Of a DNA stretch of 64,000 bases, positions 12,375-25,274 are shown piece after piece. The stretch lies in assembly GCF_009914755.1 (NCBI RefSeq), contig NC_060930.1; one strand, 5' to 3'. Position numbers and translations under genes: made by a program. The DNA is from the human T2T-CHM13v2.0 reference genome, Homo sapiens. Position 1 is the stretch's first letter, and every line of letters begins with the position of its first letter. Under the pieces are notes generated by a model. The model did not search any database. It saw nothing but the letters and a program-made list of their open reading frames with translations, and was not told the origin of the DNA.

Positions 12375-12690
12375 GTTTTTAATGATAAAAGTGATACATG
12401 TTCACAGTAAGAAATTCAAATAGTACAGAAGGTTGAAAAGAGTATGGATTTTGACTACAACAAAAAACGTTACAATAAAAGTCCTTATCCATTGGATGCA
12501 TTCCTGGAGGTAGAAATGATGGATCAAAGAGCGTGTGCATTTTAAATTCTAATAGATATTTGTCAAATTACCTCCAAAATGTTTGCACCATTTTATGCCC
12601 CACCAACAGCGGCTGTTTCCAGGCACCTTCCCCATCCCTGGATATTATCAAACTTTTAAATTTGATATGGCCAGTGGAAAATAGGAAAGA
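12375..12690 (-). mobile_element. L1ME-type 3' fragment
   Basis: gtagaaatgatggatcaaagag...gcattttaaattctaatagatatttgtcaaatt...ccaccaacag. Confidence 0.6.
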
Positions 12691-13207
12691 AGAATAAGCT
12701 AAAAGAAGCCATGTAAATGGAAAACATGAAATCAGATGGCAGAAATATTTATTATATATTCTAATATGATGATTATTATATACCATTATATATCATGTTA
12801 TACATAATTTAATTATTAAAATGTCAAAGAGTTAAAACAGATCAAAAGGCAGAGACTTTTAGCATTTATTATTGATTATTAATATTGGTAATAGCTTATT
12901 TGTAATTAATATTACTTATTAATATTACTTCCAAGACACATGTTTTTTAAAAATATAGAAAAGTTGAAGTGATGGAAAAATAATAAACTAATCAAATATG
13001 GATCAAAGAAAGATGAGACAGCAGTTTTAATATTAACATGTAATATATTTAATCTAATACTAATATTGGAGAAAATAGAATTTAAAAGTAAAAGAAATCA
13101 TAAGATATATTGCTTGCAAAAAGATGGATTATTTAGAAAAGGCATTGGCTTATTACATGAAAAATAATAAATTTAGAGGCCTACCTCACACCATTAAAGG
13201 ATAAATG

Positions 13208-13515
13208 GTCTGAGCACAGTGGCTCATGCCTATAATCCCAGCATTTTGGGAGGCTGAGGCAGGAAGATCACTTATGCCCCGGAGTTTGAGACCAACCTGA
13301 GCAACATAGTAAGACCCTATCTCTACATAAAATTTAAAAATTATTTGAGCGTGGTGGCATGTGCCTTGTAATCCCAGCTACTCAGGAGGCTGAGGTGGGA
13401 GGATTGCTTGAGCCCAGAGGTTGAGGCTGCAGTGAACCAGGATCACACCACTGCACTCTAGCCTGAGTGACAGAGCGAGACCTTGTCTCAAGACAAAATA
13501 AATAAATAAATAAAT
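13208..13515 (+). mobile_element. AluJ with (AAAT)n tail
   Basis: Full Alu dimer with J-type ggaggattgcttgagccc. Confidence 0.92.
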
Positions 13516-13652
13516 GCAAAAATAAAAATATAAAATTAATAGAAGAAAATGTTGGGGGATTTTGGGGAAAATCCCCCAAAAACATAAACCAGAAAAGTAA
13601 AAACTGACAGATTAACGAAATCAAAATTAAAGATTTGGGGTCAACAAATAAA

Positions 13653-13856
13653 GCTTAATATTTACCAAGCAAAGTTGTTAATGTGTATTGATTAAACTAA
13701 TCTTCCTAACGCCCATAAGAAGTAGAAGCTGTCATTACTGTATCTTAGAGGTGAGGAGTCAGGCACAAGTCAGTTAAATAGCTTGTCCAAGGCCACATCA
13801 GTAATTTAGGAGCTGAAGAGAGAGCCCTCGGGTTTAACCACTACACTACATTGCCG
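13653..13856 (-). mobile_element. MIR inserted in L1M
   Basis: gttaaatagcttgtccaaggccacatc...ttaaccactacactac is the antisense MIR core and 5' end. Confidence 0.65.
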
Positions 13857-14399
13857 CCAGAAGACAACAGAGACAAATTAAACACGTGGGTGATAGACTG
13901 GGGGAAAACATTTTAAATATCTATAACTTACACAAAAGAATATACAAGAAACCCCTGCAAACTGACAAGGGAGGAAAAAGGAAAGCCTGTCAAACATGGG
14001 CAAAAGATACAAACAAGCAATTCATCAGAAGAGAAAACCCAAATAGCTAACTAGTATGTGAACAGATGCTCGACGTAGCTGGTAATGAAAACATGCAAAG
14101 TTTTAAAAAGACAGGCTTTACTGGCCTCGCCCCAGAACCTCCCAATCCTTGCCTGCTGAATGAAGTGGTAAATGAGTGAGTACACACTCTTTGAACAAGA
14201 GAACCACACGCCGGCTCCTCTGTCTACCTTTGCCTCTTCCAGTCCCAGGCAAGAGCCACAGCTAAATCTCAGGCCCCCTGTGGACTTGAGCGTCTCCCAT
14301 CGTAACATCTCCAGCTGGATGTGATTTCGTTTTCTTCAACCTCTCAAAGTTATGGCTTGTACCGCTCTAGGGGCACTCAGCATATGTTGCTTCCCTCTG

Positions 14400-14535
14400 T
14401 GGTTCTTTGTGTCTGTGTCCTACAGTTTACCCCCCAAGGACAGGAACTAAGTCTTAGTCATCTAGAATTTTCTGGAGTACTCGCATAATGTTTTGTTCAT
14501 AACAGGAGCCCAATAAATATTTATTGAATTGAATT
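14400..14535 (+). mobile_element. L2 3' end
   Basis: ggacaggaact...caataaatatttattgaattgaat terminal motif. Confidence 0.6.
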
Positions 14536-14780
14536 TCATGGAAGTGCGGTATGTTAAGCTCCCAGTGAGTAGTCGGGAAACCATGGGAGCTTTGAAAATG
14601 AAGAAAAATTAGGGGGAAAAAAATTGACAAAGTTTGACTAGCTCAGCGCTTACCGAAGTGTTCTCTGCAGAACACAAATCCTATAAAATACTACCTGAAG
14701 GAAGGGTCTTGGGTCAAATAATTTTGTGGAGCACCACATGATCTATTCCCATCCACCCAAATCCTTTTGGGGACCATAAG

Positions 14781-15194
14781 CAGTGGTGTGCTGGAGCTAG
14801 CTTGTTCCAGCTTGCAAAAGTCAATTGTTAAATGTCTAGGAAGTTTGTGAGCCAGTTGTTAAACATGGTCATTATTAAAAATTAAACTGCATAAACTTCC
14901 AATTAAATAAACTCCATTAAAAAGGCAATGATTACAGAACACAATACTTCCTAATTAATTTACCACCTTTTACTGTTAGGTGTGCTCTTGTTTATGTCTA
15001 TTGCACTGTCTTGTGGAAGTGTTGGGTAATGTGTGCTGCTATGTATCTCTCCCCAACTTCACAATCATTGATATGTTGGTAGCTGGATATTGGCTGTAGT
15101 GGGAATATTTACACCACAGAAATCAGCAGCTACTGCAAAAGCAGGGCTTTTTCTCCAAAGAACTGGTGGTCAAGCATTTAGCAGCATATTCCTA
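14781..15194 (+). mobile_element. MER63B (hAT-Blackjack)
   Basis: Begins CAGTGGTGTGCTGG, contains gagccagttgttaaaca and gggaatatttacaccacagaaatc, and ends catttagcagca. Confidence 0.85.
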
Positions 15195-15223
15195 GTCCCA
15201 AACATGTCGGTCTGTTAAACAAA

Positions 15224-15557
15224 GCATGGTGGCTCACGCCTGTAATTCCAGCACTTTGGGAGGCCGAGACAGGTGGATCACCTGAGGTCAGGAGTTCGGG
15301 ACCAGCCCGGACAACATGGCGAAACCCCGTCACTACTAAAAATACAAAAATTAGCCAGGTGTGGTGGTGGGCACCTATAATCCCAGCTACTCAGGAGGCT
15401 GAGGCAGGAGAATCACTTGAACCCAGGGGGCAGAGGTTGCAGTGAGCTGAGATCTTACCGCTTCACTCCAGCCTGGGCAACAGAGCAAAACTCTGTCAAA
15501 AAAAAAAAAGAAAGAAAGAAAGACAGAAAGAGAGAAAGAGAGAGAGAGAGAAAGAAA
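15224..15557 (+). mobile_element. AluS (slightly 5'-truncated) with A/(GAAA)n/(GA)n tail
   Basis: Alu dimer with gatcacctgaggtcaggag. Confidence 0.93.
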
Positions 15558-15964
15558 CTCCTGATCTCCGGATAGCCCTACGGTAAACACACCCGTTTAA
15601 CTGTATAAGTGACTGTTCTGAACTTTATCTGATCATGGAATTCTCTTAATGCATAACATCTACCAACACCTTAAGACATATACTTTGGGAAAAACTGGAC
15701 TAGCTAATCGCTAAGGCCCTTCCTAGTTCTTGCAATATATGAAAATGACAAGCCTTCACATACAAACTTATCATCCTCCTTTCTTAGATTTTCAATGTGT
15801 TAAGAAGGCGGATATGAGTTAATCAACCTTCTCGTTGAAAACAAAGTCAAAATAAATTTAAAGGATTTTTACTTCCTAGGAAATATTATTGACTGATCTT
15901 TGTTCCTCAGTTCCAAGCAATTTGATTAAGGGCAAAATATTACATAGAAAGATTTTATTTACAT

Positions 15965-16050
15965 TCCACCACTGAGCAAGGAAATCAATGTCTCTAAATG
16001 TCATTTTCTTCATCTGTAAAGTGGGATACATTACAGGATTTTTGAGAAAG
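15965..16050 (+). mobile_element. MIR core fragment
   Basis: tgagcaag...tcattttcttcatctgtaaagtggg. Confidence 0.55.
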
Positions 16051-17261
16051 CAGCCCAAGATTATGCATGAAGAATTACTTGGCTAGCTGTCCAGTTTTTA
16101 CATATAAAAGGAAATATGATTCAGGTGTTTCTCTCTGAAAGTGGTGTGATAAATATGGTTCATAAACAATCTTTAGCTTAGTTTGCCAAATCTCAGAAGC
16201 CTTCTCCCAAATGCCTGTAGCAAAGTGGATAAAGTCTTGGCTCAGACTCCAAAGTAACCTAACTGTGCTCCACTGTGACAGCTCAAATGTGATTGTTAAG
16301 ATGCCTCCTGGCTTCATGGCTCAGCTCACAGGAAACTGCAGTTACGTTTTCAAAAGATACAATCAAAGCCAATTGTATCCAGACTGATAGTAAATGGGAA
16401 TGAGGCTGGGTGGTCCCAGTGCAGATGGAATTTGTGGTAGGGTGTTTTCAAGAAGTGGCCCTTGTAATTGCAAGTCATTATGGTTCAGAGCCCACATGCA
16501 ATTTGACTTGAGCCCAAGAGGTGATTTTTATCTCTCAGGTCAAATTAATGTGGCATAGATCCACTTGGGAACATTGATTTCATAAACATAGACATTTTCA
16601 TTTTTGCTAACGGCCTAGAAATGTTAACCTGCCTCTGAAGAGGTAACTTTTCGAAGGTGAGGATGAGGAGGGGGAAGAAAGGAAGGAGGAAAACCTTGCT
16701 TGCTTGCTTTCTCTCTTTGATCACTAAGCACGTAAAAGGATGGCAGAATGCCCGGCTTATGCTTCCTGCTTTTGCTGGCCTACACCCAAGGATCTGGGGT
16801 CTTCAGCAAGTCCTGAGGGCTGCAGTGCAGCTCTTCTGCTGCTGTTGCCTACAGTGGTTATCTGAGCATTTAACAACCAGGACAGCACAGGCGCCGAGGG
16901 ACCAGGATGGGCACCGGCCAGGGCTCTGCACGCAGCATCCTGGAGGCCTGGCCTGGGCCAGGTGTCCCTGCAGAGAAAACTGGGTGATTGCAGTGACAGG
17001 GACCCCTGGAAAAGGCTGAGGACAACATCAAATTACCAACCCATGTGGACCTATTTCCATATTTTAACAACTGACAGGAGCATACAGGGCATACTGGCTG
17101 AATGTCAGCCTTGCCTGCCTGCAACCCACCTTAGTAACACATTTTCCAGTTTTTTAACTGGGCCCATGTAGAATAATCCAGGTATGGGCAGCCATGGGAT
17201 CACCAGTGTACAGTAACAATGCAATGGCCAGCTATGTCTTGCTTAGGAATAAAAAGGGACA

Positions 17262-17520
17262 CTGGTATTTATCTACCACTCATTTATGCACCAGACATGG
17301 TGCTCAGTTTTCATGATTATCTTACTTACTCCTCAAAATAATCCTATTGGATAAGTATTATCATACTTATATATGGAGAAAATGGATAAATATTATCACC
17401 TTCATATTATAGTTGGACCCGTATATCATAGATGGTCAAATTACTAACCCATATTCACACAACTAAAAATTGGTAGAACCAAAGTGTCTGTATGAGTCTG
17501 TCTGGCTATTTCTACTGTAC
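17262..17520 (-). mobile_element. MIR
   Basis: tatgcaccagacatggtgct...cctcaaaataatcctat...ggtcaaattactaaccc. Confidence 0.6.
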
Positions 17521-17646
17521 TAGATGGGGTAGTGGTTGAGCATAGGCCCTGAAGCCACACTGCCTGGATTTCGAGATTATCTCTGCCACTTAGCTAACTA
17601 TGTGAACTTAGGCAAGTTACTCAACATCTCTATGCCTCAGTCTCCA

Positions 17647-17880
17647 TATATATATAATGTATATATATAAAAATATATATACATATAAATATATATGTAT
17701 ATATAAAATATATATAAACATAAATATATATGTATATATAAAATATATATAAATATATATATAATATATACATATATATTTTTTATAAATATATATATAA
17801 TATATACATATATTTTTATATATATACATATATATTTATATATGTATATATACACACACACACACACATATATATATATT
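17647..17880. repeat. Interrupted (TA)n/(CA)n microsatellite
   Basis: About 230 bp of tatata... with a (CA)n run, abutting the Alu poly-T side. Confidence 0.95.
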
Positions 17881-18162
17881 TTGAGACCAAGTCTCGCTCT
17901 GTCACCCAGGCTAGAGTGCAGTGGTACAATCTCAGCTCACTGCAACCTCTGTCTCCCGAGTTCAAGTGATTCTTCTGCCTCAACCTCCTGAGTCGCTGGG
18001 ATTACAGGCACACACCACCACGCCCAGCTAAGTTTTATATTTTTAGTAGAAATGGGGTTTCACCATGTTGGTCAGGCTGGTCTCGAACTCCTGACCTCGT
18101 GATCTGCCTGCCTCAGCCTCCCAAAGTGCTGGGATTACAGGCATGAGCCACCGTGCCTGGCC
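17879..18162 (-). mobile_element. AluSg-like
   Basis: Antisense Alu with ctcgaactcctgacctcgtgatc (2-bp deletion shared by Sg/Sc/Y, without Y diagnostics). Confidence 0.92.
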
Positions 18163-18676
18163 CCATTCCTGTATTTAAAATGGGAATAAGAGTATTTTCC
18201 TCAAAGTTTTGTCGGAGGATTAAATACATTGTGAAGTCCTTGGAACAGTCCTGGCATATAGTAATCATTCAATAAATGTTAGACTTTTCTTGTCCTTGCA
18301 TCTCTCAGGATGGCCACCCAAGCCCAGCCCATTTATGGCCGGGATCTCTCCAAGTCAATGGATCTCCAATCTCCTTGTTAATGTCACCTCCTTTCTGCTC
18401 GCAAGCCAAATATTGGACATCTAAGAAAATCAATTATTCAGCTTTCACTGTAGCCTTAAATACATAATTTTAAGACAGTATTGGGCTCTTTTGTGACCTG
18501 GTAACTAAGTTCTTACTTTTATTTTGTTTAATGACTTACTTATCACCCAGACAATGTCTCTAATACTAAGAGAGAGAGGAGAACAGTCAGAGGGGTGACC
18601 TAGGACTATGGGGACATGACTGGGGCAGAGCACTGGCTCATGAGATTTTTTTGGAACTGAACGTTTTAACAGACTT

Positions 18677-19207
18677 TGTTACTATTTAGGTATGGTGAGA
18701 CCAACAGATCGAGAGACAATCGCCATTAAAAAGATAGTTTGTTACTCACAGTTCCCAAGGGGAGGAGGGCACAGCACCATGAGGGCCACATGGGGATGAA
18801 CCAGGGACCATCAGGAGGCAGAGGGAGCAGAGAAACTACAGGCAAGAGCCTCGGCTGTGGTTTCTGTGGGAAGGAACAGGAAAGACGGGGTAAGCTACTT
18901 AGCATCGGATGGCTTGAATTATTTCAGTGGGCTCTGGGAAGAGGGTCTGTCCCTAGTTGTCTAGCACCTGGGCCAGGGGGGATTAGGGCAGATGGGTAGT
19001 GACTCAGAGTATGAGAGCCCAGCAAAGAAGGTGGTTGGGGTGTGGACTCTAGGTTGGTTGGTTTGTATTTGAAAATTGTGCCCTTGGGCGGGTTGTTTAC
19101 TATCCCTACGAATTGGCTAACCCTGAAAGGGGCAGTCCCTCCAGGGGACACAAGGCTCCGGATGTCAAAGCATCAGAATAGAGAAAATAAAAGCCACGGT
19201 TCACACA
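18677..19207 (-). mobile_element. MER74/MER73/LTR53-group (ERVL) solo LTR
   Basis: The minus strand begins TGTGTGAACCGTGGCTTTTATTTTCTCTATTCTGATGCTTTGACATC..GGAGGGACTGCCCC; TG..CA ends. Confidence 0.75.
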
Positions 19208-20594
19208 CTGAAGCACAGGGCACTACTGGGGTCCTATGGGAGAGGAAGGGGAGACTCCAGAAAGGCACGTGCACGTGAATGACCCCAGCTCCATAGAAGC
19301 ACCTGAGTGGGTCTCTCCGCCTGACTCCTGTCCTCCTCCCCTCCCTTTTCACCCCCATCTCCAATGAGAGGACTCCATGAACTCGCATTTCCAGCTATCA
19401 GCCCTCCCTCCCCCATTGTCTGTCTCTTGCTACGCCTGCTCACCTCTTCCTATCTTCTCCACAAACACCTGATTGTCAAGTCTCCAGGCTCTTCTGGTTG
19501 AGCCCTAGAAAACCTTGCTTTTCCATCCTCGCTTCCCCAGAACGCAGCAACTCTGTCATACTTAAACCCTTTCCACCAGCTTATACAAACAGGCCTTTTA
19601 CAGAATACCCACTGGCAGCAAAGACATATACAAAGCCACAATGGGGTATATTCATCAGTCAAATATGAACTTCTGGGTGTGGGCTTACATCTCAATGGGC
19701 TTTGTAAAAATGAGTGATCTGTGCCCTCCTAAAAGGGCAGGGCCAGGGCAGATTTCTGAAGCTGACCAGGCTCAGCTTTCGGGAAAATTGCCTAAATGCT
19801 TTCTGAGTATAGCTGAGCATCACTGAGTCATCTCTGTGCCACTCCAGCATGGTCAGAAGTGCCGGGGGACACCGAGAGGGCAGTCGCAGCTGCCCAGAGG
19901 GGCCATTTGTACTCCTCCCTTCATGTGCTGGCAAGCTGTGTGTGAACCACTTACTAAGTCACCTGGGGGAAGAACAGTGATTTAGGGTATGGGTGACAAG
20001 CAGGTTCCATAGATTGTGAGCCGGTAGGAGGTCTGTCTACTAGAAGCCAGTTATACATGGGTGACTAAAGTGCAGTCAAGCTCCCCTCCCACTGACACTT
20101 CACAAGCCAACACAAAGCCCTACGTCTAAAGCCATCAGCTTTCCCAACTGAAGGTACCATTCCAAAGTTCTGTTTTAGGATTGGGGAAGTTTCTGGGAAG
20201 TTCCTTCAGCAAGAAGCTTTAATTCTAGTAAGTCAAAGTATACAGAAATGAGATAAACATGAGTGTAATTACATAATTGTTTTCTCATTGAGAAACCTTC
20301 CCACGTGAGATATTTCAAACCACTTTGGACAAGGCAAAATTTCCTTCTATGATTTTTTTTAAAGACCTGATACAAAAAGACCTATTAGAGAAATGGTACA
20401 AGAATTGGCCTTTGAAATTCTGTTGTTTTTAATAGTTTTATTTCAGCATATATACACAATATTTTATTTTAAATTTTATAATAAAACATGCATTTAAACA
20501 CATCTGCAGTAAAAAAGCCAAAACTGTCAGCAGTTATTACACAATTCAGACCTTTAGAATTGATTTTTTTCTCCTGTTTCTCTCAGAGTATTTG

Positions 20595-21120
20595 TAAAAT
20601 ATAAAGTCCAAGTGCCTGAGCTTTTCTGAACATTACCACATAATTTCTCCTTCTCCTGAACACATTAATTTCCCCTCTGTGCCCTCTGCCCACGCCATTT
20701 AACCTGCCGGGAAAGACCCCTCCCCTGCCTGCGTCAACCTCCGACTCAACCCCTTGGTCAAGCCCTACATCTCTGACCCTCGCAGCCTGAAGTAACGGCT
20801 ATCCCCTTCCAATGCAGAGCAATTACTGCTGATGGGATGGCCTTGGCAATTAGCCCAGGATCCCCATGAAATAGCTCTTCCATTGCTCTCTATTAAAATG
20901 TCACTCAAACACTTTACTGGCGTTTGGTTTTCCCCTGAGTTACATCTTATCTCCCCAACTGGACTGCACTATTACTTTACTATTTTTTGTGTGTCCCTCG
21001 GAAAGCCCAGCAGAGTCACCCTAGGAGGTGACGTCATTACCGTGAGGTCTTGTTTTTGTCCTTTTACCCTTTACCATTTTCTGAGTCCACGTACAGTTTC
21101 ATTAAATGCTAGATGTTTGA
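20595..21120 (+). mobile_element. L2 fragments
   Basis: ataaagtccaa...cctctgtgccctctgcccacgcc...tcttatctccccaactggactg. Confidence 0.5.
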
Positions 21121-22200
21121 CTTCTTTCTGGTAACCTGAAACTCTCAGTTCTGTTGGTTTTGGAACCTGGAAGACATGTCAACTGTGCTGCCCACAACTT
21201 TCTTTAAAATGGGCAGATTAGAAGATTTGAGTAAACAAGTTCTTTCCTATTAATGACTTCTGAAGACATACAGACTTGTATGTTATGTCTTCATCAGTTT
21301 TACCTCTCAAATAGGTGGGACTTATATTTCCACATCCGGTCGTCATCAAGCTTTCTCGTGCAGCCGGGGAAAGCGAAACACTTCCATAGCTGTGATCCAG
21401 TGACAGCAAGTGGGATGCTGTTGAGCTGCTGAGGCTGAATTACCCCTATCCATTTCATATCCAGAAACATTAGAGGGCTCAGCTAACTGCGCTAATTTGA
21501 AATATACCAGGGAGACCCAATCTGTGAAAAGGTGAGAAAGATTTTTATTTTATTGCCAGAGTTGAAACCAGACCTGAGTGGTACTTAAAATTTCAGTTAC
21601 ATGAGGAGACGGGTTTCTTTACACTTGATGAGGGCTCTTACAGCTCTGAGTTGGAATAGGTTCAGCAAAGGAGATCCATGAGCCATATGTTGGTGGCCTC
21701 TACTCATTATGAAAAATGCATGCTTCTGCAGCTTAAAAGCAAACAAACAAGCTTAAATCCCCACTCTCCTGGTTTTCATATGTGGGGACAGTGCCGCAGT
21801 GAGTGTCCTGAGAACAAACACTACAAGCCTCTCTCAACCAGCAAGCAGTGCCATATACAATTGCAAGAGTTGCCTGTAAGGATGTTGAGAATTTCTCTAG
21901 GTTTCCTGTTCCCAACCTGGTGAGTCCTTCATCCTAGAAGAACCAAGGACAGCCTCTTTGCTCTGTTTGGAGAAGCCTCAAGAAGTCTCAGTGGCCAGCA
22001 GTCAAGTTTCAAATGCCACCATTGCAGATGGGGGCCTTGGGGTTAGAGCACCACTCCTGGACACAAACACACATTTATGTCCAACCCTGGACCAGGAGAA
22101 ATCGCAGAACCAGCATCCCAGGCCTGACCCTCACAAGGCCTGGCCTGGAGCCTGCCTCGGACAGAGGACCCAAGCCACTCTGAATCTCTCCACAGCCATG

Positions 22201-22592
22201 TCTCTTAGTCAGCCCGGCTGCTATAATGAAATGCCAGACGCTGGGTGATTTAAACAACAGATACTTGTTTTTGCATCATTTAGAGGCCATAAGTCTGAGA
22301 TAAAAGTGCCAGCAGATTCAGTTCTTCATGAGGGCACTCCTCCTGGCTTACAGATGGATGGCCACCTTCCTGACATGTCCCAATATGGTCTAGAGAAAGA
22401 GAAAGGAAGAAAGAACAAGAGTACATGCTTTGATCTCTCTAACTCTTCTTATAAGTGCTCTAATCAATCCCTTCTTAGGGCCTTCCCCTCCTGACCTCAT
22501 CTAAACCTAAAGACTCCACTTCCAAAGGCCATCATATCGGGGGTTAGGGCTTCAATATATGAATTTTGGAGGGAAACATTCAGTCCATAACA
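22201..22592 (-). mobile_element. MLT1A-type (MaLR) solo LTR
   Basis: cttagtc..ggctgctataa ... aacattcagtccataaca; TSD CCATG/GCATG. Confidence 0.85.
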
Positions 22593-23100
22593 GCATGTGA
22601 ACTAAGTAACATGATGAGAATGGGTCAGTTCACAGTGGACCATAAAGCTGAAGGGTCGTGAGGCAGAATCGGGCCTGGAAAAGCCAAGTCCAGAACAAGC
22701 TGCACTTGAGCCGGGGACAGGAGACAGGGAGCAGAACTGAAATCAATGAATAGAGATTGGAAGCCACTTTTGCTGTGAGGCAAGAAAAAAGCCGTACTCC
22801 AAATCAGGTTAAGGGAAGAGCATAAGAATACATTTCCACAACTGTGACTGCTGAAGTCCCCAGGACCTCCTGAAATCAGTAATCTCCTTCCAGCTCCAGC
22901 ACGCACGAGGACAGACTCTGCTAGGCTCCTGCCCTAGGATGTTAACGACTTATTTTTTAGGTGTGTATTCCTATCACAGGCTTCCCTTTCCCTGAGTTTG
23001 TCTGACTCAAGGCTGACTATTACAGTCACAGGGGGCAAGTAACATCTCAAAGGCCATCCCCAGCTGAGCAAGCTGAGGTCAGATCCCTAGAGAAAGGGGC

Positions 23101-23560
23101 TGTTATGGGTTCAATTGTGTTCCCCAAAAAGGTATGTTGCATCTTAACCCTTGGAACCTATGAATGTGACCTTATTTGGAAATAGGATCTTTGCAGATAT
23201 TTTTAAGATGTAAATTAAGATGATGTCATATTGGCCTAAGGAGGGCCTTTTATGCAATATGACTAGTGTCCTTACAAAAGAGAAGAGATAGAAGCACAGA
23301 GACACATAGGGAGAAAGTCATGTGAAGATGGAGGCAGACAGGGGAGTGATGCAGCTGTAAGCCAAGGAACACTAAGGATTGCTGCAACCCCAGAAGCCAA
23401 AAGAAAGCCAGGGAACACTTTCTCCCCTAGACCCTTCAGAGAGAGCATGGCCCTGCTGACACCTTGATTTCAGACTTCCGGCCAGAAAGAATAAAGATAT
23501 GTTGTTTTAAGCCACCCAGTTTTTGGTAATTTCTTACAACATTCCTAGGAAACTAGCACG
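23101..23560 (+). mobile_element. MLT1B/C (MaLR) solo LTR
   Basis: TGTTATGGGTTCAATTGTGT...gtgaccttatttggaaatagg...ctaggaaactagcac; TSD GGGGC/GGGAC. Confidence 0.88.
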
Positions 23561-23917
23561 GGGACTTAGGTGTTTTTAGAGAGTGAATTCAGAAGAACCC
23601 CGGAACTCCTGGATTTGGCCAAAGAGGATGGACGTGAACAAGAGCTATAGCTGGAGACTTTGCATGTAGGGGTCTTGTGAAGATGCTCTCTGCCTGCCTG
23701 GGGCAGGGGAGGCAGGAGGAAAAGAGAAGGTAGAGGTTCCTATGCAATAACTCTCCATTGAAGTTGTTGCCTCTCCCTCTACCAGTGATCACTGAAGTTC
23801 CAGGATGTCCAGTGAGTAAATACTGACTACAATCAAAGAACAAGAAGGAGGAAGGAAAGGAGGTGATGTGAGGCAGGGAGAAGCCTTTGCTCCAAGTATA
23901 TAAAAAGACTGCTTATG

Positions 23918-24290
23918 ATTGATTTATTCAACCAAGATTTCGTGAATGCCTATAATGAGCTATGTCTTATACTAAGCACAGAGATTGCAAGGTTGAAAAG
24001 ATGCGGTCCTTCCCCTTCAGCAGGTCACCATCTGGGTAAGGTGATGGGTAAGTCTGTCTAGCAAATGTATTATAATAGAGCAAACGCAAGTGCAGCCCTT
24101 GCAGCTACAAGGGGCTTCTCTTTGGGTGCTGAAGTTTGCAGGGTAGACTCTATGGAAGGGAAAAGTAAGCTGAGTCCTAAGGGAGCTGTGGAAGTTGGCC
24201 TGACAGATTGCTCAGTTGGAGGGTAGGACATTGAAACTACACCATGGAAAGGAAGGCAACAAAGACTGCAGCCCATGGAAAAGCCTGGAA
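23918..24290 (-). mobile_element. L2 3' fragment
   Basis: ttgatttattcaaccaagatttcgtgaatgcctata...ggtccttcccctt. Confidence 0.65.
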
Positions 24291-25274
24291 CCTCATACAA
24301 ACAACATCTCAGATTCTGTCTCTGAGCTTCCTCAAAGTCCTCACTTTGCTGAAAGGTGCTTTGATAATCATGCTTTTTGTGTGTTCGGACTCGGTAAAGG
24401 GCCCTTCTGCACAGGCCATCCCCCTGAAGTTACTAATCAGTGATTTGGTTTTATAAAATTTCGCACGTCTTTCTTAGATTTCATCACTCCATGGAAAGGA
24501 GCCCCACTTTCCAATGCTCTTACTAGGCACTTAAACAGTAGTTGCCTAGCCAGCTTTTACCTGTTCACAATTTCTTCCTTTTCATGCATGCTGAAATGGA
24601 GATTCTGACGCTGCCTTGGACTGGTTCTGATAAATGTTCCCATATAAGAGTTTTCAAACATGGAAAAGCTCTTTAGAGACTACTCTAAAATAATATTACA
24701 TCAGAAGCAAGTTCTTCTCTCCAGATTGCTATAGGTCAATTTTGAGAGGCTAGAATTTTTTTAAATGCCTTTTGTGTGGCAGCGATAACAAATCTGTACT
24801 ACCCTGTCACTCTCTGTCCCCATCCTGTCACCCAGGCCAGGGTTATCTCCAGCAGTGTCCCAAGGGAAGGTTTGAGAGCCCCTGCTCTCCTTGGCAGCAT
24901 ACTCTGATATTTTGTGCCTTTCCTGTATCTGGTTAGGTATATTTATGAATCATAGTACCTGAGTTTAACCAAATAAACCACCTCAAAATAGACAAGCAAC
25001 TTGAAAACACTGAAGACAATGAATAATGCAACATCGAGTCAACACCAAAAGGATAGCAGAGCTGCCACTTCCACACATTACTTGAACTCTTCATCAGCTA
25101 AAAACCAATCATCCACAGTAAGAAAGATACAAATATTAATAATATTTTTGTAGGAGGATTATAATGGAATAAGCTTGGGTTGGTTTTTCAACAATATTTT
25201 AATGTTAAAATGAACCATATTCATATTTGAGTATATTTATCAAGCAAATTTAGAGAATTCTCTGCTCAACAATT

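Larger units (their letters stand above)
12920..14110 (+). mobile_element. Old L1M ORF2 fragments, interrupted by an AluJ and a MIR
   Basis: A-rich ORF2-like remnants, e.g. atgggcaaaagatacaaacaagcaattc..agaagagaaaacccaaatagctaa (WAKD.N.QF-like). Confidence 0.65.
14644..15697. mobile_element. MER103 (hAT-Charlie) DNA transposon hosting MER63B and an Alu
   Basis: CAG...CTG termini with degenerate inverted arms (ccgaagtg... / ...tactttgggaaaaactg); perfect 8-bp TSD GACTAGCT at 14636-14643 and 15698-15705. Confidence 0.8.
17525..18282 (+). mobile_element. MIR split by an Alu and its (TA)n tail
   Basis: gtagtggttgagc...ggcaagttactcaacatctctatgcctcagt on the left; aaaatgggaata...tggcatatagtaatcattcaataaatgttag on the right. 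Confidence 0.8.

Noticed and set aside
16657-17019. 120-aa ORF in a GC-richer patch
   Set aside because: Annotated from a GTG start, no recognisable homology, no clear exon boundaries, not a CpG island.
17617-17867. Tyr/Ile-rich ORFs
   Set aside because: Translation artefact of the (TA)n tract.
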